Shown piece after piece: positions 20,797 to 30,171 of a stretch of 64,000 bases of DNA. The stretch comes from Elusimicrobiota bacterium (lineage in GTDB: Bacteria; Elusimicrobiota; Elusimicrobia; UBA1565; UBA9628): positions 1 through 64,000 of the forward strand of contig DAHVNA010000004.1 of the NCBI GenBank assembly GCA_027319565.1. The letters are read 5' to 3'. The notes under the pieces are model-generated. The model saw nothing but the letters and a program-made list of their open reading frames with translations, had not been told where the DNA came from and ran no database searches. A program made the translations under genes and the position numbers. Every line of letters begins with the position of its first letter. Position 1 is the stretch's first letter.

Positions 20797-21948
20797 TTAT
20801 ATCATTTGAAGAGAAGATATGAATTTAAGCAAGCTCTGCTCATAGCGTTTTTTCTTGAGCGGGCTCAATGAACGAAAAATATCTTTTCTTTTGCTTAAGA
20901 GGGCCTGGGCGATGTCTCTGAGCTGTTCTGTCGAAAGAATTGCCGCCGGATCGAGATGTTCCGCCTCTCCTTGAGCTTTTCTCCAAGAGCGCATTTTCTC
21001 AAAGAGATTGATCTCTTCTGGTGGCGTGCGCCGTGTGTGGGATTTTTCGGTGGAACAGAAGAGTTCTTCGGGCGATTTCTCTCCGCGCACGACACAATCG
21101 ATAATATGACGGCCGAAGGCCTGAATTAGGTAGGGCGTCATGCCTTTGATCTGGGAAAGTTGGGCGACCTCTGTTGGCCGCGCTTTGGCGAGTTCGAGTA
21201 GAAGCTCGTCATTCATAATTCGAAAACGAGCCTTGTTTCGCGTTCGGGCGATTTCCTCTCGACAGAGATAAAGCTCTTTAAGAATCCCGCGGTTTTCCGG
21301 GCTCAGCTCGCGATTTCCCTTGATTTTGCGGTATCCCTCGGCGTCAAAAGGCCTGGTTTGGGATTGAAGAACGCATAGATGTTCGGCCGCTTCCTTGGCG
21401 TCCTCCAATCGTCCGCGTTCAGACAGAGATTTTTTTTGAATATTCGATAGGGCAATCAAGAAATGCGTGTCCAATTGGGCATAGCGCAATTGTTCGTCGC
21501 TCAAGGGCCTTTTTCCCCAATCCGCGCGCTGGTGTTTTTTGCATAGTTCAATCTGGAAGTGTTTTGAAATCGCCGCTTTGAGCCCTAACTCTTTTTCTCC
21601 GAGAAATCTTGCCGCGATCATTGTGTCGAAGAGATTTGTAAATTTAAACTGGTAATCGCGCTTAAGGCACACGACGTCATATTCCCCGGCATGGAAGATT
21701 TTTTCGGCGGCGGGGTTTTCAAAGATTTTGCCCAGGCAAGACATATCCTGAATTGCCAAGGGATCGATAATATAATCCTTTGTGAGAGATGAAATTTGAA
21801 TCAGGCAAACCCGTTCTCGATAAGCGTAAAAGCTATCTGATTCGATGTCCACCGCCAATTGGGGGGCATTTTCTATTTCTTGGATGACTTCTCTGAGTTC
21901 TGCTTCGGAGGTGACGACCCACGGGGGCGGAATTTCAATCTCTCCCAT
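20797..21948 (-). CDS. rnd: Ribonuclease D (DEDDy exonuclease + HRDC domains)
   Basis: AVDIESDS, CLIQIS, KIFHAGEYD, FDT.IAA, DW..RPL...QL.YA.LD. Confidence 0.9.
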   Translation of the reverse strand: MGEIEIPPPWVVTSEAELREVIQEIENAPQLAVDIESDSFYAYRERVCLIQISSLTKDYIIDPLAIQDMSCLGKIFENPAAEKIFHAGEYDVVCLKRDYQFKFTNLFDTMIAARFLGEKELGLKAAISKHFQIELCKKHQRADWGKRPLSDEQLRYAQLDTHFLIALSNIQKKSLSERGRLEDAKEAAEHLCVLQSQTRPFDAEGYRKIKGNRELSPENRGILKELYLCREEIARTRNKARFRIMNDELLLELAKARPTEVAQLSQIKGMTPYLIQAFGRHIIDCVVRGEKSPEELFCSTEKSHTRRTPPEEINLFEKMRSWRKAQGEAEHLDPAAILSTEQLRDIAQALLSKRKDIFRSLSPLKKKRYEQSLLKFISSLQMI

Positions 21949-24084
21949 TTAGATTGGGGCGGGAACCTTCTCAAAAGTAGAAGAATAAAATTTTTCCACG
22001 TATTCTTTGACCATTCTCTGGGCGGAAAAGCGCGGGGCGGAGGTGCGGATGGCCTCTTTCATCACCTTAACCCACCCATGCGGGATGGTGTCGGCGCTGA
22101 AATCGTAGAAGAGCGGAATAATTTGAGATTCAAGAGCATGATAGATTTTAGCGGATTCTTCCGCGTTTCTATCCGATGATTCTTTGCCAATTCCCTCGAT
22201 TCCCCATCCATTGGTTCCGGTAAATCCTTCTTCCCACCAACCATCCAGGATGCTGAAATTCGGGACCCCGTTTGAGGCCGCTTTCTGCCCGCTGGTTCCG
22301 CAGGCTTCTAGGGGCGGAACGGGATTGTTGAGCCACAGATCGCAACCCTGCACTAAATAGCGGGCCAGCTGCATATCATAGTCTTCGACAAAGGAGATAT
22401 GTCCGGCTAACGCGGGATCCTTGGCTATGCGGAATATTTGTTGGATGAGGGCTTTTCCGTTATCATCCGCGGGATGGGCTTTTCCCGCGAAGATAAATTG
22501 CACTGGGCGGGCGGAATCGAGGATGATTTTCTTAAGGCGTTCAAGGTCGTGGAAAATAAGGTTCGCTCTTTTATAGGTCGCAAACCTTCGCGCAAAGCCG
22601 ATGGTCAATATCTCCCGGTCTAAGAGCGCGCCTTGCGCCAAAATTTGGCCCGATTCCGCTCCTTCTTGCCAGCGGGATTTAAGCCGGTGTCCGAGAATGC
22701 TCAGGAGTCTCCCCTTGGCTTTGACATGGGCATGCCATATTTCATGATCCGGAATATTTTCGATACCTTCCCAAAAGCCGGGGTTGTCTTGGGCCTTGAC
22801 CCAATGAATGCCGAGACGCTTGTTAAAGAGTTCCTGAAGATCGGATTGAACCCAAAACCCGAGATGGACTCCATTGGTGATATATTCAATCGGAACTTCC
22901 TGAAGCGGCTTTTCCGGCCATAATTTATGCCACATCTCTCGGGAAACCTGACCGTGCCTTTTGCTGACTGCGTTCTTTTTCCCCGCCAGCTTTAAAGCCA
23001 AGGCGGTCATGTTCCAACCGGCTTCGTTGGGCGAATGGCCTAAATCCAAGAACTGTTCTTGAGATAGTTTTAATTCCTTGAGGTAGTCTTGAAAAAAAGG
23101 CATTAAAAGCTGAGCTTCAAAGACGTCATGGCCGGCGGGAACTGGGGTGTGGGTCGTAAAGAGAGTTTCTTTTGCGATTTCATTTTTTGCGTCTTCTAGA
23201 GACAAACCGGCGGCGATTTTTTCCCGCAAAAGCTCTACAAACAAGAAAGCCGCATGGCCTTCATTGGCATGAAAAAATGTCGCCGGAATTCCCAAAAACC
23301 GCAACAGCCTTAAGCCGGCAACTCCCAAGACAATTTCCTGCCGGAGGCGCATGCTGTGATCTCCGCCATAAAGTTGGGTCGTGATCTCACGATCCGAAGG
23401 GGAATTTCCTTCGACATTGGTGTCCATTAAATAGAGGGAAACTCGCCCGATATGAACGAGCCAGACAGCGATTTTAAGCTGCCAAGAGCCGAACGAAAAA
23501 TCAAAAATAACGCGCTCCCCATTGGGGCGGCACAAGGGCAAAATCGGAGCATATTCCCAATTGAGATCGTGATAGATGTTTTGCTGCCATCCATCCGGGC
23601 CGAGTCTTTGGGTGACGTAGCCTTTGGGATACATGAAACCTACTCCCACCAATGGCAAATCGAGATCGGAGGATGATTTGAGGTGATCTCCGGCGAGGAC
23701 TCCCAGGCCCCCGGAATAAAGGGGCAAGGAAGCGTGAAGACCAAATTCCGCCGAGAAATAAGCGACGGCCCTGTTCTTGGCGTCTTTGCCAAATCTTCGT
23801 TCAAACCATGTGTCCGAGCAACTGGTGTCATGGTCAAAAGCGTCCACGACCTGATCGTAATGGGCCAAGAAGCGCGGATCGTTGGCTAGTTTCTGAAGTC
23901 TCTCGGTTGAGCGATAGAGAAGAAGAACGGGATTATGGCTGGAAGATTCCCATAAAATGGGGTCGATGTCCCTGAAAAGAAAGCGCGCTTCGTGGTGCCA
24001 AGACCACCATAGATTATACGCGAGATCCTTGAGTCTTGAAAGTCGTTCTGGCAACGCTAATTCTTTATGATTTCCGGGATTCAT
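21949..24084 (-). CDS. glgP: Alpha-glucan (glycogen/maltodextrin) phosphorylase
   Basis: LAYNLWWSW, YSGGLGVLAGD, NEGH, FARRFATYKR, AGKAHP, EACGTSGQK. Confidence 0.95.
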   Translation of the reverse strand: MNPGNHKELALPERLSRLKDLAYNLWWSWHHEARFLFRDIDPILWESSSHNPVLLLYRSTERLQKLANDPRFLAHYDQVVDAFDHDTSCSDTWFERRFGKDAKNRAVAYFSAEFGLHASLPLYSGGLGVLAGDHLKSSSDLDLPLVGVGFMYPKGYVTQRLGPDGWQQNIYHDLNWEYAPILPLCRPNGERVIFDFSFGSWQLKIAVWLVHIGRVSLYLMDTNVEGNSPSDREITTQLYGGDHSMRLRQEIVLGVAGLRLLRFLGIPATFFHANEGHAAFLFVELLREKIAAGLSLEDAKNEIAKETLFTTHTPVPAGHDVFEAQLLMPFFQDYLKELKLSQEQFLDLGHSPNEAGWNMTALALKLAGKKNAVSKRHGQVSREMWHKLWPEKPLQEVPIEYITNGVHLGFWVQSDLQELFNKRLGIHWVKAQDNPGFWEGIENIPDHEIWHAHVKAKGRLLSILGHRLKSRWQEGAESGQILAQGALLDREILTIGFARRFATYKRANLIFHDLERLKKIILDSARPVQFIFAGKAHPADDNGKALIQQIFRIAKDPALAGHISFVEDYDMQLARYLVQGCDLWLNNPVPPLEACGTSGQKAASNGVPNFSILDGWWEEGFTGTNGWGIEGIGKESSDRNAEESAKIYHALESQIIPLFYDFSADTIPHGWVKVMKEAIRTSAPRFSAQRMVKEYVEKFYSSTFEKVPAPI

Positions 24085-24107
24085 TAGAGAACTATTCTAC
24101 AAAAATT

Positions 24108-25307
24108 TTAATAGCGCAACAGTGTTTTCTCGATTAAGCCAAAAGCTTCCTGAATTTGGGGTTTTGTGATGATTAGCGGGGGGGCGAAACGGATGGTTTT
24201 TTCGTGGGTTTCTTTGGCGAGAATTCCATTTTGAGCTAGTGATTCGCAGACCGGGCGGGCCGGTATTTTGAGTTCAACTCCGATGAGAAGGCCTTTCCCC
24301 CGAACCTCCCGAATTAAATCTGATTTGAGAGTTTTTAGGAGAGTTTTAAAGTATTCTCCGCTTAAAGCCGCTTTCTGGGAGAGTTTTTCTCGAATGATGA
24401 CCTGAAGGGCTGAGAGTCCAATGGCCGAGGCGAGAGGGTTTCCGCCAAAAGTGCTGCCGTGTTTTCCCGCGGTGAGTAAATCCAGCACTTCTTTTCGGGC
24501 GGCGACCGCGGAGATCGGGTAAAGGCCTCCGGAGAGGGCTTTGCCTAAAATAATCAGGTCCGGGCGAACACCCTCATGATCGCAACAGAAAAGTTTTCCC
24601 GTTCGGCCCAGGCCTGTCTGTATTTCATCGGCGCAAAGGAGGACATTGTTTCGGGCGCAGATTTCCCGGATTTTTTTGAGATAGCCTTGCGGCGGAATAA
24701 GCACGCCGGCTTCTCCTTGAATCGGTTCAAAAAGAAATCCGCAGGTGTTGGGAGTGATGGCGGATTCAAGAGCCTTTGTCGAACCGTATTCAATTTCTAC
24801 AAATCCAGGGGTCTTGGGGCCAAAGCCCGAGTAGGAAACAGGGTCGGAGGAAAATCCCACAATCGTGGTCGTTCTCCCGTGAAAGTTGTTGCGGCAGACG
24901 ATGATTTCCGCTTTTTCTTGGGCGATTCCTTTAATTTGATAGCCCCAAATGCGCATGGATTTGATGGCGGTCTCAACCGCTTCGGCGCCGGAGTTCATTA
25001 AAATCGCTTTATCTTGTTTGGTCAAACGGCATATTTCTTTGAGGAGCGGGCCCATCAATGTGTTGTGGAAGGCGCGAGAGGTCAGGGTTAAGCGAGATAT
25101 CTGGGATTTTGCCGCGGCGACAATCGCGGGATGATTGTGTCCTTGGTTGAGCGCCGAATAGGCGGAGAGCATGTCGAAGTAGCGTTTTCCGGTGACATCC
25201 CAAACATAAGGCCCTTTGCCTTTTTTGAGAACGATGGGCAATGGGTGATAATTTGGCGCTCCATAACGGTGGTCAAGGGAGATAAAGCTTTTGCTGATTG
25301 GGTCCAT
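24108..25307 (-). CDS. rocD: Ornithine--oxo-acid aminotransferase
   Basis: NYHPLP, LSAYSALNQGH, LTLTSRAF, EPIQGEAG, DEIQTGLGRTG, GKALSGG, HGSTFGGNPL. Confidence 0.93.
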   Translation of the reverse strand: MDPISKSFISLDHRYGAPNYHPLPIVLKKGKGPYVWDVTGKRYFDMLSAYSALNQGHNHPAIVAAAKSQISRLTLTSRAFHNTLMGPLLKEICRLTKQDKAILMNSGAEAVETAIKSMRIWGYQIKGIAQEKAEIIVCRNNFHGRTTTIVGFSSDPVSYSGFGPKTPGFVEIEYGSTKALESAITPNTCGFLFEPIQGEAGVLIPPQGYLKKIREICARNNVLLCADEIQTGLGRTGKLFCCDHEGVRPDLIILGKALSGGLYPISAVAARKEVLDLLTAGKHGSTFGGNPLASAIGLSALQVIIREKLSQKAALSGEYFKTLLKTLKSDLIREVRGKGLLIGVELKIPARPVCESLAQNGILAKETHEKTIRFAPPLIITKPQIQEAFGLIEKTLLRY

Positions 25308-25318
25308 TGATAAGGGGC

Positions 25319-26116
25319 TTATTGCCCGTTTCCTTGAGCTTGGGGTAGAATGTTTTGAATCTGCTGCATTTGGGCGTTGACTGAATTCATGATCGCTTTT
25401 TGGTCCACTTGAGGCGATTGACCGCCGAGAGAGTTGAATAAACTTGGCGGAAATCCCAAGGCTTGGGAGACATTGGAGGCGACGCCTTTGACGATATTGT
25501 TTTGGCTGAGCACTCCCATTCCGACGGACATCAGCTGCGGGGGAGCTTGGCGCACGGCGTCTTGGGCGAATTGGCGGATTTCCGGGTGCTTGGCATATTT
25601 TTTTACCAGTTTGCCGAAATTTGGGGAAGCGGACAAGCCCTTTAAAAAGGCGATGGGGTCGTGATTTTTCATGTAATCGTCGTTTAATTTTTTAAGATCC
25701 GGATAGCTCATCCAATCGCGTCCGTATTGCCGGATGACGGGGTAGCGTTGGGTATAAGCCATGGAGAGCGCTTGAACCTTTCCCTCGTTGGCGCGGCAAA
25801 GAGCGGTAAATTGCGCGGCTAAATTATCGGCCGCAGTCGGCTTCGGTTTTGAAGAGCTAAAAAGCCCTGGAATAACTCCTTTAATCATGTCTAGCCCGGT
25901 TTGGCCGGATTGAGAACCGGGAGAAGACGGTGTTGAAGAGGCATTTGTGCCGGTCTCTTGAGGCAAGGAAGTGACGTTAAATTCCGAGCTTGAGACATTA
26001 AGCGGGCGATTCTCTTGTTTTGAATAATAAAATATCGCCGCGCCCGCCCCCAAAAAAACAAATAGCGCCAGTAGCCCTAACAGTCCGCTGCTTTTTTTTG
26101 TCGGTTGATCTGCCAT
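25319..26116 (-). CDS. Hypothetical protein with N-terminal membrane anchor
   Basis: 265-aa ORF co-oriented between the response regulator and rocD; a single N-terminal hydrophobic helix. Confidence 0.7.
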   Translation of the reverse strand: MADQPTKKSSGLLGLLALFVFLGAGAAIFYYSKQENRPLNVSSSEFNVTSLPQETGTNASSTPSSPGSQSGQTGLDMIKGVIPGLFSSSKPKPTAADNLAAQFTALCRANEGKVQALSMAYTQRYPVIRQYGRDWMSYPDLKKLNDDYMKNHDPIAFLKGLSASPNFGKLVKKYAKHPEIRQFAQDAVRQAPPQLMSVGMGVLSQNNIVKGVASNVSQALGFPPSLFNSLGGQSPQVDQKAIMNSVNAQMQQIQNILPQAQGNGQ

Positions 26117-26122
26117 TGGATT

Positions 26123-26866
26123 TTACGCTCCATCATTTTCTTTTTCCGCGGAGATAATTCCTAGGTCTATTCCTTTGACCACCGCTTCCGTGCGGTTGGT
26201 TACGCCGAGCTTTTGGAACATATTGTTGAGATGATTTTTAATGGTTTTGACGCTCAGTTCAAGTTTGAGCGCGATTTCTTTGTTTGATTGTCCTCTGCCT
26301 AGCAGAGCGAGAATCTTGACTTCCATCCGGGTCAAGGCCACCAAGGGCGAATCGGCGGCGGTGTTGTTTGCTTTTCTCAGGCTGTCCATTAAGCGGCTCA
26401 TGACCGGTTGTGGAATCATGACGTTTTTGTTGGCGAAAGCCTTGAGCGCGTTGACTAGCTCATAAGAAGGAAGCATTTTAGACAGGTATCCGTTGGCTCC
26501 GGCTTGAATGGCTTCCATCACGTGGGATTCGTCTTCAAAAGACGAGAGAATCAGGACATTGGTGCGGGGACATTCCTTATGAATCTGTCGCGCGGCTTGA
26601 ATTCCGTCCATGTGAGGAAGTTTGATATCGAGTAGGATGACATTGGGTTTAAGGGTTTTGACCAGCCGGAGGGCTTCTTTGCCGTCGGCTGCCTCTCCGA
26701 TGACCTCGATTGTTTTTTCATCGGCGAGCATGTCTTTAATCCCTTCCCGGAAAAGAGTCTGGTCGTCAGCAATGATCACTCGCACCTTCCCGTTATTTTT
26801 CGATGGGTGATTGGTTTTTTTTGAGGCCGCGGATTTTTTCTTCTTTGCGGATTTTTTGGTTGCCAT
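26123..26866 (-). CDS. NarL/LuxR-family response regulator
   Basis: VIIADD, LLDIKLP.MDG, GA.GYLSK receiver; LT..E..IL.LL..G.SNKEIA..L..S.KT.K.H HTH. Confidence 0.95.
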   Translation of the reverse strand: MATKKSAKKKKSAASKKTNHPSKNNGKVRVIIADDQTLFREGIKDMLADEKTIEVIGEAADGKEALRLVKTLKPNVILLDIKLPHMDGIQAARQIHKECPRTNVLILSSFEDESHVMEAIQAGANGYLSKMLPSYELVNALKAFANKNVMIPQPVMSRLMDSLRKANNTAADSPLVALTRMEVKILALLGRGQSNKEIALKLELSVKTIKNHLNNMFQKLGVTNRTEAVVKGIDLGIISAEKENDGA

Positions 26867-26960
26867 AATAAATGATTTTAACATATTGAATTTAGTTCAA
26901 ACTCAAAATAGTATAATGAAATTAGAGTTTGGATTATTCCAACTGATAGGAGGTGTCAAG

Positions 26961-27860
26961 ATGAAACGGGTCATTCTTTTTATCGCCGTCAATTTGTTGG
27001 TCCTTTTGGTGATTTCTTCGGTCATTAGCCTTTTGGGGCTTAAGCCGTGGTTGGGGGCAAATGGAATTAACTATCAGTCTCTTTTGATCATGTGCGCTCT
27101 CTTTGGCTTTGGCGGAGCTTTCATTTCGCTTCAAATGTCTCGCTGGATGGCGAAAATGTCTTTGGGGGTTCAGGTCATTGATCCGCAGAATCCGCAGGGA
27201 GATTTAGAGGCCCAAATTGTGGCGAAGGTTCGCGGACTTTGTCAGCGCGCCGGGCTTGAAACCTTGCCGGAAATCGGAATATACCAAAGCCCCGAGGTGA
27301 ACGCTTTTGCCACCGGCCCTAGCCGCCGCCGCGCGCTACTAGCGATTTCCAGTTCCTTGTTGGAAAATATGGACTCAAGCGCGGTGGACGGAGTTATCGG
27401 CCACGAAATATCTCATATCGTCAACGGCGATATGGTGACGATGACGCTTCTTCAGGGAGTGGTCAACACCTTTGTCATTTTTCTCTCGCAGATTCTGGCT
27501 TTTGTCATTGAAAACGCGATACAGAAAAGAGAAGACGAACGCGGCGGGCTTGGTTTTATCGCCCAGTTTCTTCTCATTAACGCCTTGGAAACGGTGTTGT
27601 TTCTCTTGGCTTCTCCCATCATCTATTGGTTTTCGCGGCGGAGAGAATATGCCGCCGATTCCAGCTCGGCTCGTTTGACTAGCCCGCAGACGATGATTCA
27701 CGCTCTTGAGTCTTTGCAGACCACCCTGTCGGGACAAGACAACCGGGCGCCGGCCCTTTCGACTTTTAAAATCAACGGGCATGGCCGAGGCCTGATTGCG
27801 GCTCTTTTCGCCAGTCATCCGCCTTTGGACGCTCGAATCGAAGCGCTTAAGCGGATGTAG
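26961..27860 (+). CDS. htpX: Protease HtpX (M48)
   Basis: AGGAGGT RBS; GFGGAFISL.MS, NAFATG, HEISH, NGDMVT, FSRRREY.AD, SHPPL..RI. Confidence 0.95.
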   Translation: MKRVILFIAVNLLVLLVISSVISLLGLKPWLGANGINYQSLLIMCALFGFGGAFISLQMSRWMAKMSLGVQVIDPQNPQGDLEAQIVAKVRGLCQRAGLETLPEIGIYQSPEVNAFATGPSRRRALLAISSSLLENMDSSAVDGVIGHEISHIVNGDMVTMTLLQGVVNTFVIFLSQILAFVIENAIQKREDERGGLGFIAQFLLINALETVLFLLASPIIYWFSRRREYAADSSSARLTSPQTMIHALESLQTTLSGQDNRAPALSTFKINGHGRGLIAALFASHPPLDARIEALKRM

Positions 27861-28263
27861 ATTCGCCGAGGCTTTCAAGGACACTCTTGGCCTTGGGCGT
27901 GTTTTCTGCCGCGATCAAAATGCGGGTTTGATCGCCGCCGATCGAGGTGCCGTAAATCGTGGTGATATTGACGTGATTGTCGGCCAAAGCCTTGGTAATC
28001 CTTGACAGCTCTCCTGGTTTGTCGACCAGTTCAATGGAAAGGAGATTGGTTTCCACGCTGGCAAAACCAGCCTGGGTGAGAATTCCTGAAACATCGGTTC
28101 CTTCCGGCACCGCGACTCGGACTAGTCCCGAATCATTTGAAATTTCAGAGGCGATCCCGATGAGGTTGACCCCTTGATTGGCGAAAAGCCGCGTCATGGC
28201 GGCCAAGGCTCCGGGCCGGTTCGGCATGAAGATGCTAAATTGCTTAAGGAGTTCGATTCTCAT
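27847..28263 (-). CDS. ACT-domain protein (two ACT repeats)
   Basis: KQFSIF..NRPGAL and DKPGEL..I...LA...VNI. Confidence 0.85.
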   Translation of the reverse strand: MRIELLKQFSIFMPNRPGALAAMTRLFANQGVNLIGIASEISNDSGLVRVAVPEGTDVSGILTQAGFASVETNLLSIELVDKPGELSRITKALADNHVNITTIYGTSIGGDQTRILIAAENTPKAKSVLESLGESTSA

Positions 28264-28295
28264 AAGTTTTATTCTATCATAAGAGGCGATAGCTT

Positions 28296-29114
28296 ATGGA
28301 ACAAGGCGGTTCTTCAGATAAGACTTTAGCTCCAGCGACAATCAACGAGCGCTTTATCGCTTATGTTTTAGACTTGTCTCCCTTTCTTGTGGGATGCACC
28401 CTGAGCTTGTGGGCGATGGCGCATTCCTATGCCTGGCCTCTTTTCTTGACTCCGTTAAGAGTGGCCGCGCTTTGGATATTGGCCTATGGAATCTATCAGT
28501 TTGTGGGCGTTCATAAAGGGGGAACCATTGGCAAGAGATTGATGGGGATTGCGGTGGTTGATGGAAATGGGCAATATCCGGGTCTTTTGCAGTCCCTGGT
28601 TCGGGCCTTTGGGCAAATCTTGAGTTCAGTATTTTTTAATTTCGGCTTTTGGTTCTCTTTTTTTCGCGCGGATTCAAGAGCCCTTCATGATTTGATGTCG
28701 GGAACCTCGGTGATTCAGTCGCGCCCGAAAAGCAGGATAGAGTCAAATACGCTTTTTATTGCGGCGATCAGCGTTCTTATTTTTGTTTACGGATTTTTGA
28801 TCCATGGGATATTCTCATCTCCGGGGCTGGGCAATCGGCAAAAACTAAAGAAATCGGCTGATGCTCTCTATTTGCTCGCTAAAATCGAAGACGATTATAA
28901 AGCCCGACATGGAACTTATACGGATTCTTTGGCCGACTTAGCGCTTGCTTCCGGCAATGCCGACGAGTTTAGGGCCGCTTTGCGGCGGATGTTCGAGCCC
29001 GATCATTTTGAGATGCGCGCGGGAACCAATGTCTATTGGATTTCCGCGGTTTGTCTGGACCAGCGGCGCACTCGTTTGATTGTCGAAGGTCCTCCGCCGA
29101 GGGTTCACCGCTAA
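28296..29114 (+). CDS. RDD family membrane protein with pilin-like C-terminal domain
   Basis: ERFIAYVLD, GTIGKRLMGI.VV, ALHD...GT.V; then a TM and A..L...E..Y....G.Y...L..L. Confidence 0.8.
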   Translation: MEQGGSSDKTLAPATINERFIAYVLDLSPFLVGCTLSLWAMAHSYAWPLFLTPLRVAALWILAYGIYQFVGVHKGGTIGKRLMGIAVVDGNGQYPGLLQSLVRAFGQILSSVFFNFGFWFSFFRADSRALHDLMSGTSVIQSRPKSRIESNTLFIAAISVLIFVYGFLIHGIFSSPGLGNRQKLKKSADALYLLAKIEDDYKARHGTYTDSLADLALASGNADEFRAALRRMFEPDHFEMRAGTNVYWISAVCLDQRRTRLIVEGPPPRVHR

Positions 29115-30001
29115 TGAAGCTGGTGATCGCCGGCGGGACGGGTTTTATTGGAGAACGTTTAAGACAGGCGGCGATCTCTAAAGGCCATGAGGTTGTGATC
29201 TTATCCCGGCGTTCTCAGCGGGATTTTCCGGCGGTCGTGTGGGACGCGAAGAGTTCGGGGGAATGGCAGTCCGCCCTTGAAAAAGCCGATGCCGTCGTCA
29301 ATCTATGCGGAACATCCATCGTGGAAGGTCGCTGGAATGTGCGCCAGAAAAAACAAATTTATGATAGCCGAATTCTTCCGACTCGCGCCTTGGTCGCGGC
29401 CCTTTCCCAGGCGCAAGAAAAACCCAAGGCGCTTATCAACGCTTCGGCGATCGGGTTTTATGGAGACCGAGGGGAGGAAGAGCTTGATGAATCTTCAAAG
29501 CCGGGCGACGACTTTTTGGCGAAACTCTGTGTTGATTGGGAACGCGAGGCGTTGATGGCTCAAAGCCTGGGCGTTCGCGCGGTTTGTCTTCGCGTGGGGA
29601 TGGTTTTGTCAAAGGAGGGCGGCGCCTTGGGGCGCTTGGCATTTCCCTTTCGCTTAGGCTTGGGCGGGCATTTGGGGAACGGGCGACAATGGATGAGCTG
29701 GATTGCCGTTGAAGATCTTTTGGAGGTGATATTTTCTCTTGTTAATTCCGATCTTCTGGGCCCGGTTAATGCGGTCTCTCCTAACCCTATTCGCAATAGC
29801 GATTTTGCGTTGACTCTTTCTCAAACCCTCAAAAGGCCGGCATGGATTTCCACCCCGAAATGGGTTTTAAACTGCGCTGTGGGCGAAGTTTCTTCGGTGA
29901 TTTTATCCAGCCAGAGGGCTTTTCCCAAAAAAATCGCGGCATCGGGCTTTAAATTCCAGTTTGAAGATTTGTCTTCCGCGCTCAATTTTTACTTAAAATA
30001 G
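29114..30001 (+). CDS. TIGR01777-family NAD-dependent epimerase/oxidoreductase (YfcH-like)
   Basis: IAGGTGFIG, VVNL.G.SI...RW, ASAIGFYG, FLA.LC.DWE, G.G.QWMSWI. Confidence 0.92.
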   Translation: MKLVIAGGTGFIGERLRQAAISKGHEVVILSRRSQRDFPAVVWDAKSSGEWQSALEKADAVVNLCGTSIVEGRWNVRQKKQIYDSRILPTRALVAALSQAQEKPKALINASAIGFYGDRGEEELDESSKPGDDFLAKLCVDWEREALMAQSLGVRAVCLRVGMVLSKEGGALGRLAFPFRLGLGGHLGNGRQWMSWIAVEDLLEVIFSLVNSDLLGPVNAVSPNPIRNSDFALTLSQTLKRPAWISTPKWVLNCAVGEVSSVILSSQRAFPKKIAASGFKFQFEDLSSALNFYLK

Positions 30002-30121
30002 ATTTCATTTTTTTATCCTTACGAGCCCTTGACTTTACATCAATTGGGCGTTAACCTATTGCCAGGCCTAAAGCCTTAAAAAAGACGTCAAAATAGCTAG
30101 GCCTTTTGGCGGGGTCTTCTC

Positions 30122-30165
30122 TAGGACCTTTGGCCCATGCTTTAAAGCCAAAAATGGTTTATCCT
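30122..30165 (+). promoter_or_regulatory. Putative activator site (TAGGACCTTTGGCCCA) and -10 element (TATCCT)
   Basis: Same motif and same 38-nt spacing to the -10 as at 52448-52491; related copies near 30063 and 30098. Confidence 0.5.
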
Positions 30166-30171
30166 AGGAAT

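Noticed and set aside
26886..26935. CIRCE heat-shock operator upstream of htpX (CAAACTC...GAGTTTG)
   Set aside because: Arms and spacing do not match TTAGCACTC-N9-GAGTGCTAA.
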